Counted from the first letter of the stretch, positions 10,415-21,555 are shown. The stretch is 64,000 nucleotides of DNA from Calditrichaceae bacterium (GCA_050173015.1 JBFXLE010000005.1:172120-236119), one strand, 5' to 3'. The notes: generated by a model not told the origin, from the letters alone. Program-made: numbers and translations.

Positions 10415-10712
10415 ATCTTACCTTTCCATAAAATTGGACTGCCGGTGTATGGTTTTTGAATGAAAAAGGACCCAATTCCGGCAGATTATGGATCAATCAC
10501 GGAATAAATTGCGGAAAATGAAGGGATTGATCAGCTTTTTTAAAAAAAAGTAATTAATTAAACCGGATATCCGATATAGATATTTCACAGAGGACAAGGA
10601 AAGTCCGTCAGACATTCGGGAATCCGCGTGAAAGAGATAATTTTATCTACATATTTAATGCATGATAATCATATAATAACTACATGAAATTTTTTAATTA
10701 GCAGGAGGATGC

Positions 10713-12848
10713 ATGCGAATTATTACGGTAGTCCTTTTTATTTTATTTACGTCAAATGTGTTCGCGCAAACCGCAAAGGCAAAATTCTTTATCGGTGAAG
10801 TGCGGGTGAAAAAAGCAACCGAGCAGGGAACCTGGAAAAATCTTACTCTAAAAACTGAGTTGGAAAACAAAGATCTGATCAGAACAGGTGAGAAATCCCG
10901 CTGCGAGATCCTGCTCCCTGATGGTTCGATTACTTATATTTCGGAAAACTCAATGCTGGAGCTTCGAAATATCAGCAATCCGGAAACTTCGGGAATAGAG
11001 ATATTTACCGGATTTGGAAAATTTCTGTTTAAGGTTAAAAAAATAATTTCAGGAAACTTCCGGGTAGGAAGTCCGGCGGCGGTTGTCGCCATCCGGGGAA
11101 CGGAATTTATTCTTATTAATGAAGGCGGCCAGACAGAGTTGATGGTAAAAAGCGGAGTCGTGGATTTCAGCGATCCGGCGCTGGTGACAACATTGCAGGT
11201 TCAGACAGGCCAGAAGTCCGTCACCATCGCGGGTGAAGCGCCGCAAACTCCGATGGTATTGAGTGAAAAAGACCTGGACCTTTTCGATGAAATGACGTCA
11301 CAACCGGAAGAAATGAATCAGGATTCGCCAGAAACCGAAGAAACGGCCAAACCGGCGACTAAAGAAATTAATCAGGAACCACAGCCCTCCACCGGAGATG
11401 ACGCGCAGAAGCCGGATAAACGATCAAGTGATGGCCCGGGATTTAGCGCGGGTGTTTCAGTCGGCGCCGTTTTGATAGATGATCAGATTTATAACCAGAT
11501 CGGGATCCGGCCGGAGTTTTCCATAGGCAAGCTGGGAGTGGCTCTTGATTTAAGTTTATATATGGATAAAGACGGCAATATCCGTGATGAGAACTGGGAT
11601 GAGTTTAGTGATATATTCGAAAAAATTTATTATGTCCGTTGGGGTCAGAAAGGCGATCCGTTTTATGTAAAGGCGGGGGCGATTGATAATTATCGTCTTG
11701 GATACGGCTTGCTTATGAACCATTATTCAAACACTATTGAATATCCGACGGTAATACGTACGGGAATGGAACTCGGGCTTCAGGGGGATAAATTCGGATT
11801 TGAAGGGATGGTCAATGATTTTGGTGAACTATCCGATGGCGGTGGTTTGACGGCCGGCAGAGTCACATATAAGATCCTGGGCGATCTGGAAATCGGAGCG
11901 AGCGTTGTTTATGATGTAAACCAGTACAAGTCGCTAAAAGACAGAGATGGGGATGGTATTCCTGATTATATAGATGATCTGCCTGATGATAAAAAATACT
12001 CGGTTGACACGGATGGCGACGGCGTGCCTGACGCGCTGGATCCTGACAGGGACGGTAACGGCTACTCCGACAATTACGCGGTTCTTCCGGATTCATCCTA
12101 TTATAACGATGATCAGTTTAATGAAGGTAAATTAAAGAAAACCCCGTTTGATGTGGATGACGCGGATAATAAATCACAAATAGGTTTCGCGCTGGATATC
12201 GCATACCCATGGATCAATTTTGATTATTTGAAACTGATCACCTATGGCCAGGTCGCGAAATTCGGCAACGACGGTGGATGGGGTATCGCGGCTCCGGGCG
12301 TGATGGCAAAGTTCGCGTTTATCAATGCGTATGCGGAATACCGTATTTATGATGAAAAATTTATTCCTGAATATTTTAACACAACTTACGAACTGGAACG
12401 CGCGGTATTTACAACAGACAGTACCGGACAGCTGGTACCATATACAAAGAGACAACTTTTGGAATCGCTGAATGATAAAGCGACCGGTTTTGTGGTCGGC
12501 GCGGATTTTGATATTTTAAGTCTTATGATATTCGGGGCGGAATATCAACATATGAATAAAAGTGAAATCGAATTCAAAACTTTCAGGGCAAATCTGGACC
12601 TGAATACAAGCTTCCTGCCGAAAATCAACAGGGCCGGCGCCTATTATATCCAAAATAATGTTGTGGATCTGTTTGAAAAAAGTCCGGGGACGATATTGGG
12701 TTACCGTTTTGAATACGAGATCAGCGGAAATGCCTCGCTGTTGCTTGACTTCCGGCAGAATTACCGTGATTTAAACGGCGACGGAAAAATCTCAGGGTCA
12801 AATGAGACCGTTAGAACAACAAATGTCCAGACGGTTTTCAGGTTTTGA
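10713..12848 (+). CDS. FecR-like domain fused to a probable outer-membrane beta-barrel with TSP3-like Ca-binding repeats
   Basis: Signal peptide; FecR-like motifs (IRTGEKS…LPDGS, VAIRGTEF); acidic/Pro linker; amphipathic strands; DxDGDG repeats; C-terminal Phe. Confidence 0.65.
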   Translation: MRIITVVLFILFTSNVFAQTAKAKFFIGEVRVKKATEQGTWKNLTLKTELENKDLIRTGEKSRCEILLPDGSITYISENSMLELRNISNPETSGIEIFTGFGKFLFKVKKIISGNFRVGSPAAVVAIRGTEFILINEGGQTELMVKSGVVDFSDPALVTTLQVQTGQKSVTIAGEAPQTPMVLSEKDLDLFDEMTSQPEEMNQDSPETEETAKPATKEINQEPQPSTGDDAQKPDKRSSDGPGFSAGVSVGAVLIDDQIYNQIGIRPEFSIGKLGVALDLSLYMDKDGNIRDENWDEFSDIFEKIYYVRWGQKGDPFYVKAGAIDNYRLGYGLLMNHYSNTIEYPTVIRTGMELGLQGDKFGFEGMVNDFGELSDGGGLTAGRVTYKILGDLEIGASVVYDVNQYKSLKDRDGDGIPDYIDDLPDDKKYSVDTDGDGVPDALDPDRDGNGYSDNYAVLPDSSYYNDDQFNEGKLKKTPFDVDDADNKSQIGFALDIAYPWINFDYLKLITYGQVAKFGNDGGWGIAAPGVMAKFAFINAYAEYRIYDEKFIPEYFNTTYELERAVFTTDSTGQLVPYTKRQLLESLNDKATGFVVGADFDILSLMIFGAEYQHMNKSEIEFKTFRANLDLNTSFLPKINRAGAYYIQNNVVDLFEKSPGTILGYRFEYEISGNASLLLDFRQNYRDLNGDGKISGSNETVRTTNVQTVFRF

Positions 12849-12871
12849 TAATTAATTTGTGTTGAATTATG

Positions 12872-12908
12872 AAGCGTAATACCCAAAAGGTATTGCGCTT
12901 TTTTTTTT
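12872..12908 (+). terminator. Rho-independent terminator
   Basis: AAGCGTAATACC-CAAAA-GGTATTGCGCTT stem followed by a long T-run. Confidence 0.8.
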
Positions 12909-13102
12909 GATAATCGAGCTGTTTGGCCTTCAAATTACCAGATAAATTTGAACTGAAAAATCGCCGCGAAAAATTATTTTAAATATTTATTCATTTTTGA
13001 TTGTTTTCATTTGTCATTTTTGTTATCTATATCTTACGGAAATCGCAAAACAAAATTTGTGATCCAAAAATAAATAAATTATAATTCGAATCAAATTGGA
13101 GA

Positions 13103-13372
13103 TTGCTAATGCAAAAACAAACAGCAATAAATTTGATTGAAGAAACCCGTTATTTAATCGGGAAAGACATAGAACTTAAAAGATTAGATCTGGATTCCGA
13201 TAAATACAGCACAGAAACATTTAAAATTCTGGATAATTCTTCAATTATATCTTTAACGAATCCTTCGAGCTCCAGGGTCTGTCTTGATGTATATGCAAAA
13301 GTTGAAAATCAGATGACCAGTGAAGTTCTTCATATCTCCCTGAAAAAACTGGCAGAACTGTATCTCTCATAA
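13103..13372 (+). CDS. Small hypothetical protein
   Basis: 89-aa ORF with GGAG RBS, fills the intergenic space and converges on the next gene. Confidence 0.55.
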   Translation: MLMQKQTAINLIEETRYLIGKDIELKRLDLDSDKYSTETFKILDNSSIISLTNPSSSRVCLDVYAKVENQMTSEVLHISLKKLAELYLS

Positions 13373-13396
13373 CGCCCGGATTTATAGCCACCGCAA

Positions 13397-14455
13397 TCAG
13401 GGAAATTTAAGTTCAATCCCAAATCGCGGTTTTCCCCGCAGATTTAATTTGAACGGATCTGATTCCGAATCAACGTTTTGACCGACCCGGTAGCCTGATT
13501 TGAGTTTGTTTGCAAATTCGAGACTGTATCCGGCAAACAGGTGAATATCAACCACATCAAGTGAAATCCCTCCTCCGATGCCGATAATCGGCTCGAGAAT
13601 TTCCGCCATTCTGAGCCCCCCCAGCAGGTGGATAGATGTGCCGATGGTTTTGGCCTTCGTGTCTACCGGTTTCAGATGATAGTTTATCACCCCGAATCCC
13701 GCCACGTCCGCCGACGGTTTAGGGCGGATGATAATTTTTCCGTCGCTGCCCACTTTCAGATCCACATCATCAGCGCTGGTTACCGCCAGAGCGATACCAT
13801 AACTCCATCGTTCAAGAGAAGTGTTGTCAAATACGGCGCTGGCAAGTACGTTTGGAGATGAAAGATCTTCTTTTACGATGATAGACAGGTCACTGAATTT
13901 TTGATATGATTTTGGAATGGTGAATTTACGGATGTCAACCCAGGTTTCCTGACCCGCCAGACCGGGGAGCGCCTGTGCCCGGGTAAATGGACCGAACAGT
14001 CCCAGAAAACCCGGAAGATTTTCAAGAAAAGGAGAACTTTTTGCGGTTGCCATCAGGGAAATAAATGAAGGGGCCTGTGGTGAGCGGGAGATAAAAATAT
14101 AATACAGGTTATCCTCCTTTAATCCATAAAGACGAGTGTTGAAGAAGTCCGTATTTTCATGCAGGATACCCATTGGCGCGAACTCATCCATAAAATGGGC
14201 AACCACAATATAATAGTTTTTTGGATCAAGCTTATATCCCGCGCCTTCGATGACTTTCTTCAGATTAAAGACGGCGCTGTCGGCCTGATTCTCAAGAAAC
14301 CAGCGATACGCCTTGCCGTAGTATTCTTCACTGTCATCATAAACGAATGGCGCGCCGGGAATTTGCTTTGGAACCAGAATGGTTCTCTCCTGGGCATAGA
14401 CTGTTGTTACCAGGAAAACAGTGCACATAATGATGTTAATACAGATATGACGCAT
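13397..14455 (-). CDS. Exported hypothetical protein, possible C-terminal beta-barrel
   Basis: Signal peptide (VYA-Q); amphipathic C-terminal strands ending RFGIELKFP. Confidence 0.6.
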   Translation of the reverse strand: MRHICINIIMCTVFLVTTVYAQERTILVPKQIPGAPFVYDDSEEYYGKAYRWFLENQADSAVFNLKKVIEGAGYKLDPKNYYIVVAHFMDEFAPMGILHENTDFFNTRLYGLKEDNLYYIFISRSPQAPSFISLMATAKSSPFLENLPGFLGLFGPFTRAQALPGLAGQETWVDIRKFTIPKSYQKFSDLSIIVKEDLSSPNVLASAVFDNTSLERWSYGIALAVTSADDVDLKVGSDGKIIIRPKPSADVAGFGVINYHLKPVDTKAKTIGTSIHLLGGLRMAEILEPIIGIGGGISLDVVDIHLFAGYSLEFANKLKSGYRVGQNVDSESDPFKLNLRGKPRFGIELKFP

Positions 14456-14505
14456 GATACCCCCAATCTTTTACATGCGGTGAATTATTAAATCATAAAA
14501 GATAT

Positions 14506-15552
14506 TTACTGTTTTTCAATAAATAATGTTTGGGTCGGATAGGCAAACTCAATTTTATTCTCCCCGAATTTACGGATGAGCTCCAGATTGATTCCCTGTT
14601 GCGTATCCATATAAACAGTGTAATCAGGACTTTCCATCCAATAAACGATTTCAAAATTAAGAGAAGAATCGCCAAAGCCTTTAAAATGCGCTCTGTCAAA
14701 CCGGGCCAAATCCTGTTTGGTGATAATATCTTTAATCATTCCGGGAATGGCTTTCAAATTATCCGCAGAGGTCTGATAAGTCACGCCTATGGAGAATACG
14801 ACCCGACGCTCGGACATCCTTTTATAGTTGCGAATCCGGCTATTCAGCAAATCACTGTTTGAAAATACAAGCTGTTCTCCGGAAAGGCTGCGAATACGGG
14901 TTGTTTTTAAACCGATGTGTTCGATGGTCCCCATATAACTGTCAATAATGATAAAGTCTCCGAGAACAAACGGCTTGTCCAGAATGATTGAAAGCGACGC
15001 GAACAAATCACCGAGCACATTTTGTACCGCGAGGGCAACCGCGATACCACCAACGCCCAGACCCGCAACAAGCGCTGTGACATTTATGCCGAGGTTGTCA
15101 AGGGCGAGGAGGCTGATGACGGACCACAGAATAAGCCGGCTGACAAATCCAAGGGCAGAAAAAGTTGTCGCGCTGGCAGCGTCTTCTTCCATTTTTTGAC
15201 TTTGGTAACGCTTTAACCAGTAGTTGATAATTTCGCTTCCCCAAATCGCGCCCTGAAACAACAATGAAATAATGAGCAGCTTAATCATGATTTCTCTGCC
15301 TGTTTCGGGAAGCGAGAGATACAGGGAGCCGGTATATACAGAAACATAAATTAAAAACCAGAGTTTGATTTTATCGATCAATCCGGCAATCATATCATCA
15401 ATATCAGTTTTTGTCCTTTTTGCCAGGGATAGAATGCGCCGGTGCAGCAGGCTTTTTATAATACGCAGACCGATCAGAACTAAAACCGCGATAATAATTA
15501 CCGTTAACCAGGACTTGAAGGTGTTGTTATAAAAAACCTGATCAAAAAACAT
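14506..15552 (-). CDS. Small-conductance mechanosensitive channel (MscS family)
   Basis: ALVAGLGVGGIAVALA, DKPFVLGD, HIGLKTTRIRSLSGE, FAYPTQTL motifs. Confidence 0.92.
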   Translation of the reverse strand: MFFDQVFYNNTFKSWLTVIIIAVLVLIGLRIIKSLLHRRILSLAKRTKTDIDDMIAGLIDKIKLWFLIYVSVYTGSLYLSLPETGREIMIKLLIISLLFQGAIWGSEIINYWLKRYQSQKMEEDAASATTFSALGFVSRLILWSVISLLALDNLGINVTALVAGLGVGGIAVALAVQNVLGDLFASLSIILDKPFVLGDFIIIDSYMGTIEHIGLKTTRIRSLSGEQLVFSNSDLLNSRIRNYKRMSERRVVFSIGVTYQTSADNLKAIPGMIKDIITKQDLARFDRAHFKGFGDSSLNFEIVYWMESPDYTVYMDTQQGINLELIRKFGENKIEFAYPTQTLFIEKQ

Positions 15553-15693
15553 GAAATATCTCCTTTGTTTTAAAGAACCGGGAAAAATGCCAACATGGAA
15601 ATTTATTAAAAATTGTCAGAAAGTAATATGTTTCTAATAAAAACTACCCTTCATATTATGTTACTAAATAAATTCAAAGTCAATACTTTAGAT

Positions 15694-16602
15694 TTATTCA
15701 TACGGTGGTGACTTGTCACTGTTTTTTGGTTTTGTATTTGGAAAAGTCCAGTTGATCTCCGCGGTGATCATCCCGAATACAATTAGCAGGCCTCCGAGCC
15801 ACCCGGTAAAAGGCAAAATTTCTCCCGCGATCAGAAAGGCAAACAAAGCGGCAAATACCGGTTCCATGGAGAAAACAAGCGCGGTTCGCGTGGCGGTGGT
15901 GAATCGCTGCATAGCTGTCTGCATCAAAAATGTATACACGGTGCCGAAAAGCGCGAGATAAAGCAGCACGTAAAGATAAATAGTCGTCGGAATAAAACCC
16001 GGACTTTCTGAAAAGGGTAAAGTGGAAAGGCTTAAGATCGAAACCGCGATGAGCTGAACGGCGGTCAGAACATAGATGTTATGCAGACGGGCGTATTTTC
16101 CGGTCAGGATGACATGAAAAGTAACCGAGAAGGTGCACACGAGAACCAGATAATCACCATAATTCCATTTAAGAGGATTACCGCCTGAAAGCAGCAAAAG
16201 CCCCGCCGTTGCCAGAGCGACACCGGCAAGAGAATTTAGTCGCGGGTGAGCGCGAAAGAACAGGATACCAAATGCCGGAACAAAGACGACGGAAAGTCCG
16301 GTGATAAATCCGGCGTTTGAAGCGCTCGTGTGCTGGATACCCCACATCTGAAACAGGTAAGAGATAAAAAGGAAAATACCAAGAATCGCGCCGTGTGTGA
16401 CTGTTGAACGGTCAATAAGTTTTCGATGGGGTATCGCGATCAGCGTCATAAAAAAGGCGGCAAGAGAAAGGCGAATCGCCAGGAACGTCTGAAGGGGAAC
16501 GGACTCAAGGGTCAATTTGGAAATAATAAACGTCGTTCCCCAAAAAACGGTAACGGACAATAGCAAAAGATCGGCCCTGGTTTTTGATATCTGTTTTGTC
16601 AT
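15694..16602 (-). CDS. DMT/EamA family transporter
   Basis: About 10 TM segments; FWGTTF, TSASNAGFITGL and MEPVFA motifs. Confidence 0.9.
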   Translation of the reverse strand: MTKQISKTRADLLLLSVTVFWGTTFIISKLTLESVPLQTFLAIRLSLAAFFMTLIAIPHRKLIDRSTVTHGAILGIFLFISYLFQMWGIQHTSASNAGFITGLSVVFVPAFGILFFRAHPRLNSLAGVALATAGLLLLSGGNPLKWNYGDYLVLVCTFSVTFHVILTGKYARLHNIYVLTAVQLIAVSILSLSTLPFSESPGFIPTTIYLYVLLYLALFGTVYTFLMQTAMQRFTTATRTALVFSMEPVFAALFAFLIAGEILPFTGWLGGLLIVFGMITAEINWTFPNTKPKNSDKSPPYE

Positions 16603-16672
16603 AATACGCAGGTCTCTCCGCTTTGCCGTTTAAAAGAAAAAATAAATTCAAAAAGTTGAGTCATGATATCTA

Positions 16673-17182
16673 TCAGTATTTATCATGATCGTGATCGTTT
16701 TCTTCATCTTCATCATGATCTTCTTTATTCTTTTCGGTTAAAGCGGAGCCGGTATTTGATGTCATACCGGTCCATGATTGGATGAGCGCCAGGTCAGTCC
16801 GGCTGAGTCTTGCGTCGCTATGGATTAAAGTGTATTGCCAAAGCGGCATTTCACCTTCAGAAACTTCCTCCCATATCTCTTTGATTTTTTTGTTTCTTTT
16901 TTCAGCATCAAAACGATTCCAGGTAGAGAAATTAAGCTCTTTTCTAGCCTCTTTTACATCGTATGCCACAAGCCATGAGGCCGGCGCCACATAACTGTAC
17001 CAGGGCCATTTGACTTCATTTGAATGACAGTCATAGCAGGCGCGTTTAAGAACGGTTTTAACTTCATCCGGAGCGGGTACTTCCGTTTCCACAGGCGGAT
17101 TAGACCGGGATACGGGAACAAGCTGTATGGCGGCGAAAAAAAGGACAATAACAATGAGTGATGTACGTTTAATGTTTTTCAT
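16673..17182 (-). CDS. Haem-binding (Haem_bd) cytochrome c-type protein
   Basis: CYDCHS heme motif, WPWYS, MPL distal Met; N-terminal anchor; His/acidic tail. Confidence 0.85.
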   Translation of the reverse strand: MKNIKRTSLIVIVLFFAAIQLVPVSRSNPPVETEVPAPDEVKTVLKRACYDCHSNEVKWPWYSYVAPASWLVAYDVKEARKELNFSTWNRFDAEKRNKKIKEIWEEVSEGEMPLWQYTLIHSDARLSRTDLALIQSWTGMTSNTGSALTEKNKEDHDEDEENDHDHDKY

Positions 17183-17210
17183 GGCGAAAGATCTCCCAAT
17201 TTATTCTGTT

Positions 17211-18374
17211 TCAGTGAGATTTTTTTAAAGCCTGATCAAAATCGTAAATAATATCATCAACATCTTCAATACCGATGGAAACGCGGATAAGGTGGTCTGA
17301 TATACCCAGATTTTTTCTGTCGCTTGTGGAAAGGCCTGAGTGTGATGTTGTCGCCGGACGCGTCAGCAGAGTTTCGACACCGCCGAGACTGGGAGCGATG
17401 ATAGGAATGGTGGTGTTTTGCATAAATTTTTTCGCGGCAACGACGCCTCCTTTTGGTTCAAAGCTAAGCATACCCGAGAAGCCGTCAAACAGTTTTACCG
17501 CGCGGAAATATCCCTCATTGCTCTCGAGTCCGGGATAGTTCACATTTTTTATATCCGGATGATTTTCCAGAAATTTCGCAACTTTTAATCCGCTTTCATT
17601 ATGCTGTTTCATTCTCAAAACAAGCGTTTTCATGCCCCGGTGCAGTAAAAAACAGGCATGAGGATCGAGCGCGCCTCCGAGCAGTTTTAGTTTCAGGGCG
17701 GCTCTTTCAACCAAATCTGCTTTTCCGATCACCGCGCCGGCAACGATATCCGAATGTCCGTTTAAATACTTTGTGCCGCTGTGAAGGGAAAGATCAAATC
17801 CGAATTCCGGCGGTCTGAAATTGACAGGGCTGGCAAAGGTGTTGTCAATCATCGAAATAAGACCGTTTAATTTTGAAAATTCAACGACCGCCTGAAGATC
17901 CGCCACCTGCAGAAGCGGATTGGTCATGCTCTCTACATAAATAACTTTAGTATTGGATTTTATTTTGGTTTTCCACGTATCCGGATGCCGGGCGTCGATG
18001 AAATCATAACCAATGCCGTATTCCGGCAGCACCTGAGTAATAAAGGTGTGCGCGCCTCCGTAAAGACAATCCTGAGCGAGAAGGTGATCCCCGGAGCGAA
18101 GGCAGCTTAGCAGAGCGGCGGATATGGCTGCCATTCCGCTTCCGGCAACCAAAGCGGATTCAGCGTTTTCCAAAGCCGCCAGCTTTAGATTTAACGCGAT
18201 ATGGTTTGGTGTATTGTTCAGACGGATATATTTAAGCATCTCATGATCGCCTTCGCCTTTGAATTCGTACATGGCGGTTTGAAATATCGGCATACTTACC
18301 GCACCGCTGATTAGAGGGTCGGGTTCGCCGGCATGAATGACTTTTGTGGCGAGTTTATCGGAGTTGTTTTTCAT
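17211..18374 (-). CDS. Cys/Met metabolism PLP-dependent enzyme (cystathionine gamma-lyase/synthase family)
   Basis: SGMAAI, DNTFASP, HSGTKYLNGHSD (PLP Lys), SLGGVE, RVSIGIE. Confidence 0.92.
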   Translation of the reverse strand: MKNNSDKLATKVIHAGEPDPLISGAVSMPIFQTAMYEFKGEGDHEMLKYIRLNNTPNHIALNLKLAALENAESALVAGSGMAAISAALLSCLRSGDHLLAQDCLYGGAHTFITQVLPEYGIGYDFIDARHPDTWKTKIKSNTKVIYVESMTNPLLQVADLQAVVEFSKLNGLISMIDNTFASPVNFRPPEFGFDLSLHSGTKYLNGHSDIVAGAVIGKADLVERAALKLKLLGGALDPHACFLLHRGMKTLVLRMKQHNESGLKVAKFLENHPDIKNVNYPGLESNEGYFRAVKLFDGFSGMLSFEPKGGVVAAKKFMQNTTIPIIAPSLGGVETLLTRPATTSHSGLSTSDRKNLGISDHLIRVSIGIEDVDDIIYDFDQALKKSH

Positions 18375-18549
18375 AAGCCCCCCAAGTTAAAAATTTACAA
18401 TGATAAAATCAGAGTTTCTAACGTTAAAATTATATAAAAAGACACAATCCGGGCAATTAATTTCTAATATTTGATTTAATCCCAATATAAACGCTTCAAC
18501 ACTCTTAGGGGAGATAAATGTTCCGGCGGTGGATGTTTTCTGAGTCAGG

Positions 18550-19269
18550 TCAAAACCTGGATGAAGAATCCGGGTAAAGGATCTCCATCGGAAAGCCGTA
18601 AGCGTCTTTATCGGGATGTTCCGGGATGCTTTTAATCATCTCCGGCGGAGACGCGGCGGTGACGGCGAGAATCAGCGCGTCGAGAATATCATCTCTGGCG
18701 ACATCACTCCGTTTGAAGCGGCTTAATGCCGTGTTATAAATTTTCGGCAGTGATAATTGGATGTTGTTGAGTATTTGTAAACGCTTATTAACTCCATGAA
18801 TGGTCTTCTTACTGTTTTTTAAGGGTTGGCCGTTTAATGACTGAAAACAGATTTCCGGATGGGATTCATGTATTTTAATCCGCGCTTGGCCTTGTGAGGA
18901 TAATAAGATGTCCGTTTGCCGGATTTTTGGAATGATATTCCATGTCTGAACGGATAATTTTTTACCCAGGGTTTTCTGGTTGATCAATGAGGCGTCCCTG
19001 TAATTCGCCGCGTAAACCGCGTCACGGCATGGGGCGGGGAAAATACTTGAAGGGCGGGATTTTAATATCTTCCGGGCAAGGATATCGCATTCTCTCGCCC
19101 GCGAGGAGGGCAGGCCAATGGGGATATCGATCAAAATCATGGAAGACTCCCGAAACTCATCCCAAAGCATGGCGAGTTCCGGGAATAGCTTTAATTCGCC
19201 GTTAAAATCAGTATCGATACCGGCGGCAATCCACCCGGCGCGGCAACCGTCAACTCCAACGAATCTCAT
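18550..19269 (-). CDS. DUF429 family (RNase H-like fold) protein
   Basis: GVDGCRAGW, IDIPIGL, ESHPE, DDILDA motifs. Confidence 0.85.
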   Translation of the reverse strand: MRFVGVDGCRAGWIAAGIDTDFNGELKLFPELAMLWDEFRESSMILIDIPIGLPSSRARECDILARKILKSRPSSIFPAPCRDAVYAANYRDASLINQKTLGKKLSVQTWNIIPKIRQTDILLSSQGQARIKIHESHPEICFQSLNGQPLKNSKKTIHGVNKRLQILNNIQLSLPKIYNTALSRFKRSDVARDDILDALILAVTAASPPEMIKSIPEHPDKDAYGFPMEILYPDSSSRF

Positions 19270-19273
19270 TTTA

Positions 19274-20611
19274 TTAATTTGTCAATCCGCGTTCATAATA
19301 CCAATCTTCAAGCTTCAGATAACCTCTCAATGCTCCGGCGGTTATGATACGCAAGGGTTCCGGCGGCCAGGGGATAACTCGCGGATTAACAAATGGGCTG
19401 TCGGTCAGGTCGGTCTGTCGTTCAAGGAGCATATCACACATGGTTTTGGCATTCAGGTGACTCATAGACACACCATGACCAATGCACCCGATGGAATAAA
19501 CCGCGTTTTTGTTTTTGATATATCCCATCGCGGGAGTCAGGGTAACGGTCACCGAAAAAGGGCCGCCCCATCGATGGCTGATTTTTACATTTGCCAGAGA
19601 GGGAAACAAAAATCGCAGATGATTATCAAGATGATTCCATGCCGCCTTGCTCTCGTCGCCGTGAAGATCGTTCGCGTAAGTTAATCCGACGGGACCGCCT
19701 CCGATCACAACACGCTTATCCGGCGTAATGCGGTAGTAATGAATAAGATTGCGGGCATCCTCCACGCCTTCCTGACCCAGCCAGCATATCGGTTCAAGCT
19801 GTTCGGAAGATAGAGGTTCGGTAGCGATCATATATGTAAAAGCCGGAATTTGCTTTCTTTTTAGATCTGGAAACAGGTGCGAATAAGCGTTTGTAGCAAA
19901 AACCAGTTTTTCGGCGGTCACCGCGCCCCGGGGAGTTTTCAGTATGAAGTTGTTTTTTGAGTTGATTTCGATCACGGGTGTGTTCTCATATATTTTAACA
20001 CCATGCCGTTTTGCCAGATCTTTTTCCTGCCGCACCAGTTTGGCGGGATTGACAAGAAGCAATCTCGGTTCCAGCATAGCTCCGAGATACCTTTCGGAAT
20101 TGACCCTGGAGCGTGTCTCTTTGGATTCGATCCAGCTAATATCATCGAAACCCAGAGAATTCATTAGTTCAATATCATGTTTTAGTCTGTTAACATACCC
20201 GGGAGTGGTGGCGGCGCGCAGAAAACCGGGTCTGATCTTATCACACTCCAGTTTTTCGAAAGTGATCAGCTCATCGAGATGATCCACCGCCCGCATCATG
20301 TAATGGTGGGCTTCGCGGACATATTCTTTTCCCCTCAGCATGGCGGTAACTCCAAAACCGAGACCCACGACGGTCATGGCAAAGGAACCGTTTCTGCCGC
20401 TCGCGCCATAACCGATCGTTTTCGATTCAATAAGCGCGACACTCATTCCGGGTTCAGCTAGTTTTAATTCACGGGTGGTGGCGACACCCGTAAAACCGCC
20501 TCCGATTATTGCGGTATCAACAGTAATATCTTCACTGATGGGTGGATCCGGCGAATAATCACCGTAGGTATCCAGCCATAATGAAAGCGGGGAGTCCGGA
20601 AAGATTTGCAT
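19274..20611 (-). CDS. FAD-dependent oxidoreductase (DAO/PuuB-like)
   Basis: IIGGGFTG dinucleotide-binding motif, GASGRNG, ATNAY, GHGV. Confidence 0.85.
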   Translation of the reverse strand: MQIFPDSPLSLWLDTYGDYSPDPPISEDITVDTAIIGGGFTGVATTRELKLAEPGMSVALIESKTIGYGASGRNGSFAMTVVGLGFGVTAMLRGKEYVREAHHYMMRAVDHLDELITFEKLECDKIRPGFLRAATTPGYVNRLKHDIELMNSLGFDDISWIESKETRSRVNSERYLGAMLEPRLLLVNPAKLVRQEKDLAKRHGVKIYENTPVIEINSKNNFILKTPRGAVTAEKLVFATNAYSHLFPDLKRKQIPAFTYMIATEPLSSEQLEPICWLGQEGVEDARNLIHYYRITPDKRVVIGGGPVGLTYANDLHGDESKAAWNHLDNHLRFLFPSLANVKISHRWGGPFSVTVTLTPAMGYIKNKNAVYSIGCIGHGVSMSHLNAKTMCDMLLERQTDLTDSPFVNPRVIPWPPEPLRIITAGALRGYLKLEDWYYERGLTN

Positions 20612-20733
20612 GAGATTCTCCTGAATTACAAATGGCGCGTCTGAATGTAAAGAAGTGATATTAAGTTAAATTAATTTATTTCACATTTCAATCGACGATC
20701 AACCATGAGACCGCATCTTTATCATTATACATG

Positions 20734-21555
20734 CTAAAGTTTAAATCCGGGTCCTATAATTGAGATATGAATCAGCAGGATTATGATGGAGGCCATAATC
20801 CAGAACCAATTTAATTCAACTTCCAAAGGTTTCAGCGGTTGTTTCTTAAACCAATTAGTCTTAAAAAGCTGCGACATCCAGGCTAAGGCGGAAGTTCCTC
20901 CAAAAGATGAGGCGGCGGAAGTGATAACAAATAACATGGAGATCGGATTTAGAAACGCGCCGATAGTCGATGCCGCGCTGCCGGAAAGATAGGGAATGAC
21001 CGTTAATATTAGCGCGCGCTTTAAGCGGTTTGAATCATCTTCGCCGATTAATAAATTTAATTCGCGGAGTGAAATCCAAATGGATATAACGTATAAAACA
21101 GCGCCGGTAAGGATTAATATTACTCTCCAGAACCAGAAAAATTCAACGCCCTCAATCACATGAATCCAGTCCCCAAAACCGATGATGCCGGAGAATAAGG
21201 GATAACCGGTGGCGGTTAACAGATTCACGGTCATAGACAGCCAAAGGAAAAATCGCCATTCCGATGAACGCACACGGATTTTTTTTAACATTACCCAAAA
21301 AAAGAGCCCTGTTAATAAGTTGACAATACTGCCCGCGCTGGCGATCAGCCGCCGGAGGGAATCGCTCATTGTCTCATGGTCATACTCAAAGTAGGCGGTG
21401 GAGAAGGAGACAGGATCACCCCCGGAAAGGTAACACGCTCCACCGTGACCGATCAGTTCATGCAAAATGTTTTGAATAATATAGACGATGACGGATATGG
21501 CTATGATTGTTAGAATGTTGATGTTTAAACCGGGCTTAACTGATTGGTGATTCAT
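20734..21555 (-). CDS. Polytopic membrane protein, possible M50-like zinc peptidase
   Basis: About 7 TM segments; HELIGH plus AG..N and GDW motifs resembling site-2-protease/M50B metal ligands. Confidence 0.5.
   Translation of the reverse strand: MNHQSVKPGLNINILTIIAISVIVYIIQNILHELIGHGGACYLSGGDPVSFSTAYFEYDHETMSDSLRRLIASAGSIVNLLTGLFFWVMLKKIRVRSSEWRFFLWLSMTVNLLTATGYPLFSGIIGFGDWIHVIEGVEFFWFWRVILILTGAVLYVISIWISLRELNLLIGEDDSNRLKRALILTVIPYLSGSAASTIGAFLNPISMLFVITSAASSFGGTSALAWMSQLFKTNWFKKQPLKPLEVELNWFWIMASIIILLIHISIIGPGFKL

Noticed and set aside
19118-19684. 188-aa plus-strand ORF (and similar antisense ORFs such as 38893-39399 and 27146-27556)
   Set aside because: Antisense to strongly supported genes, with no recognisable motifs.
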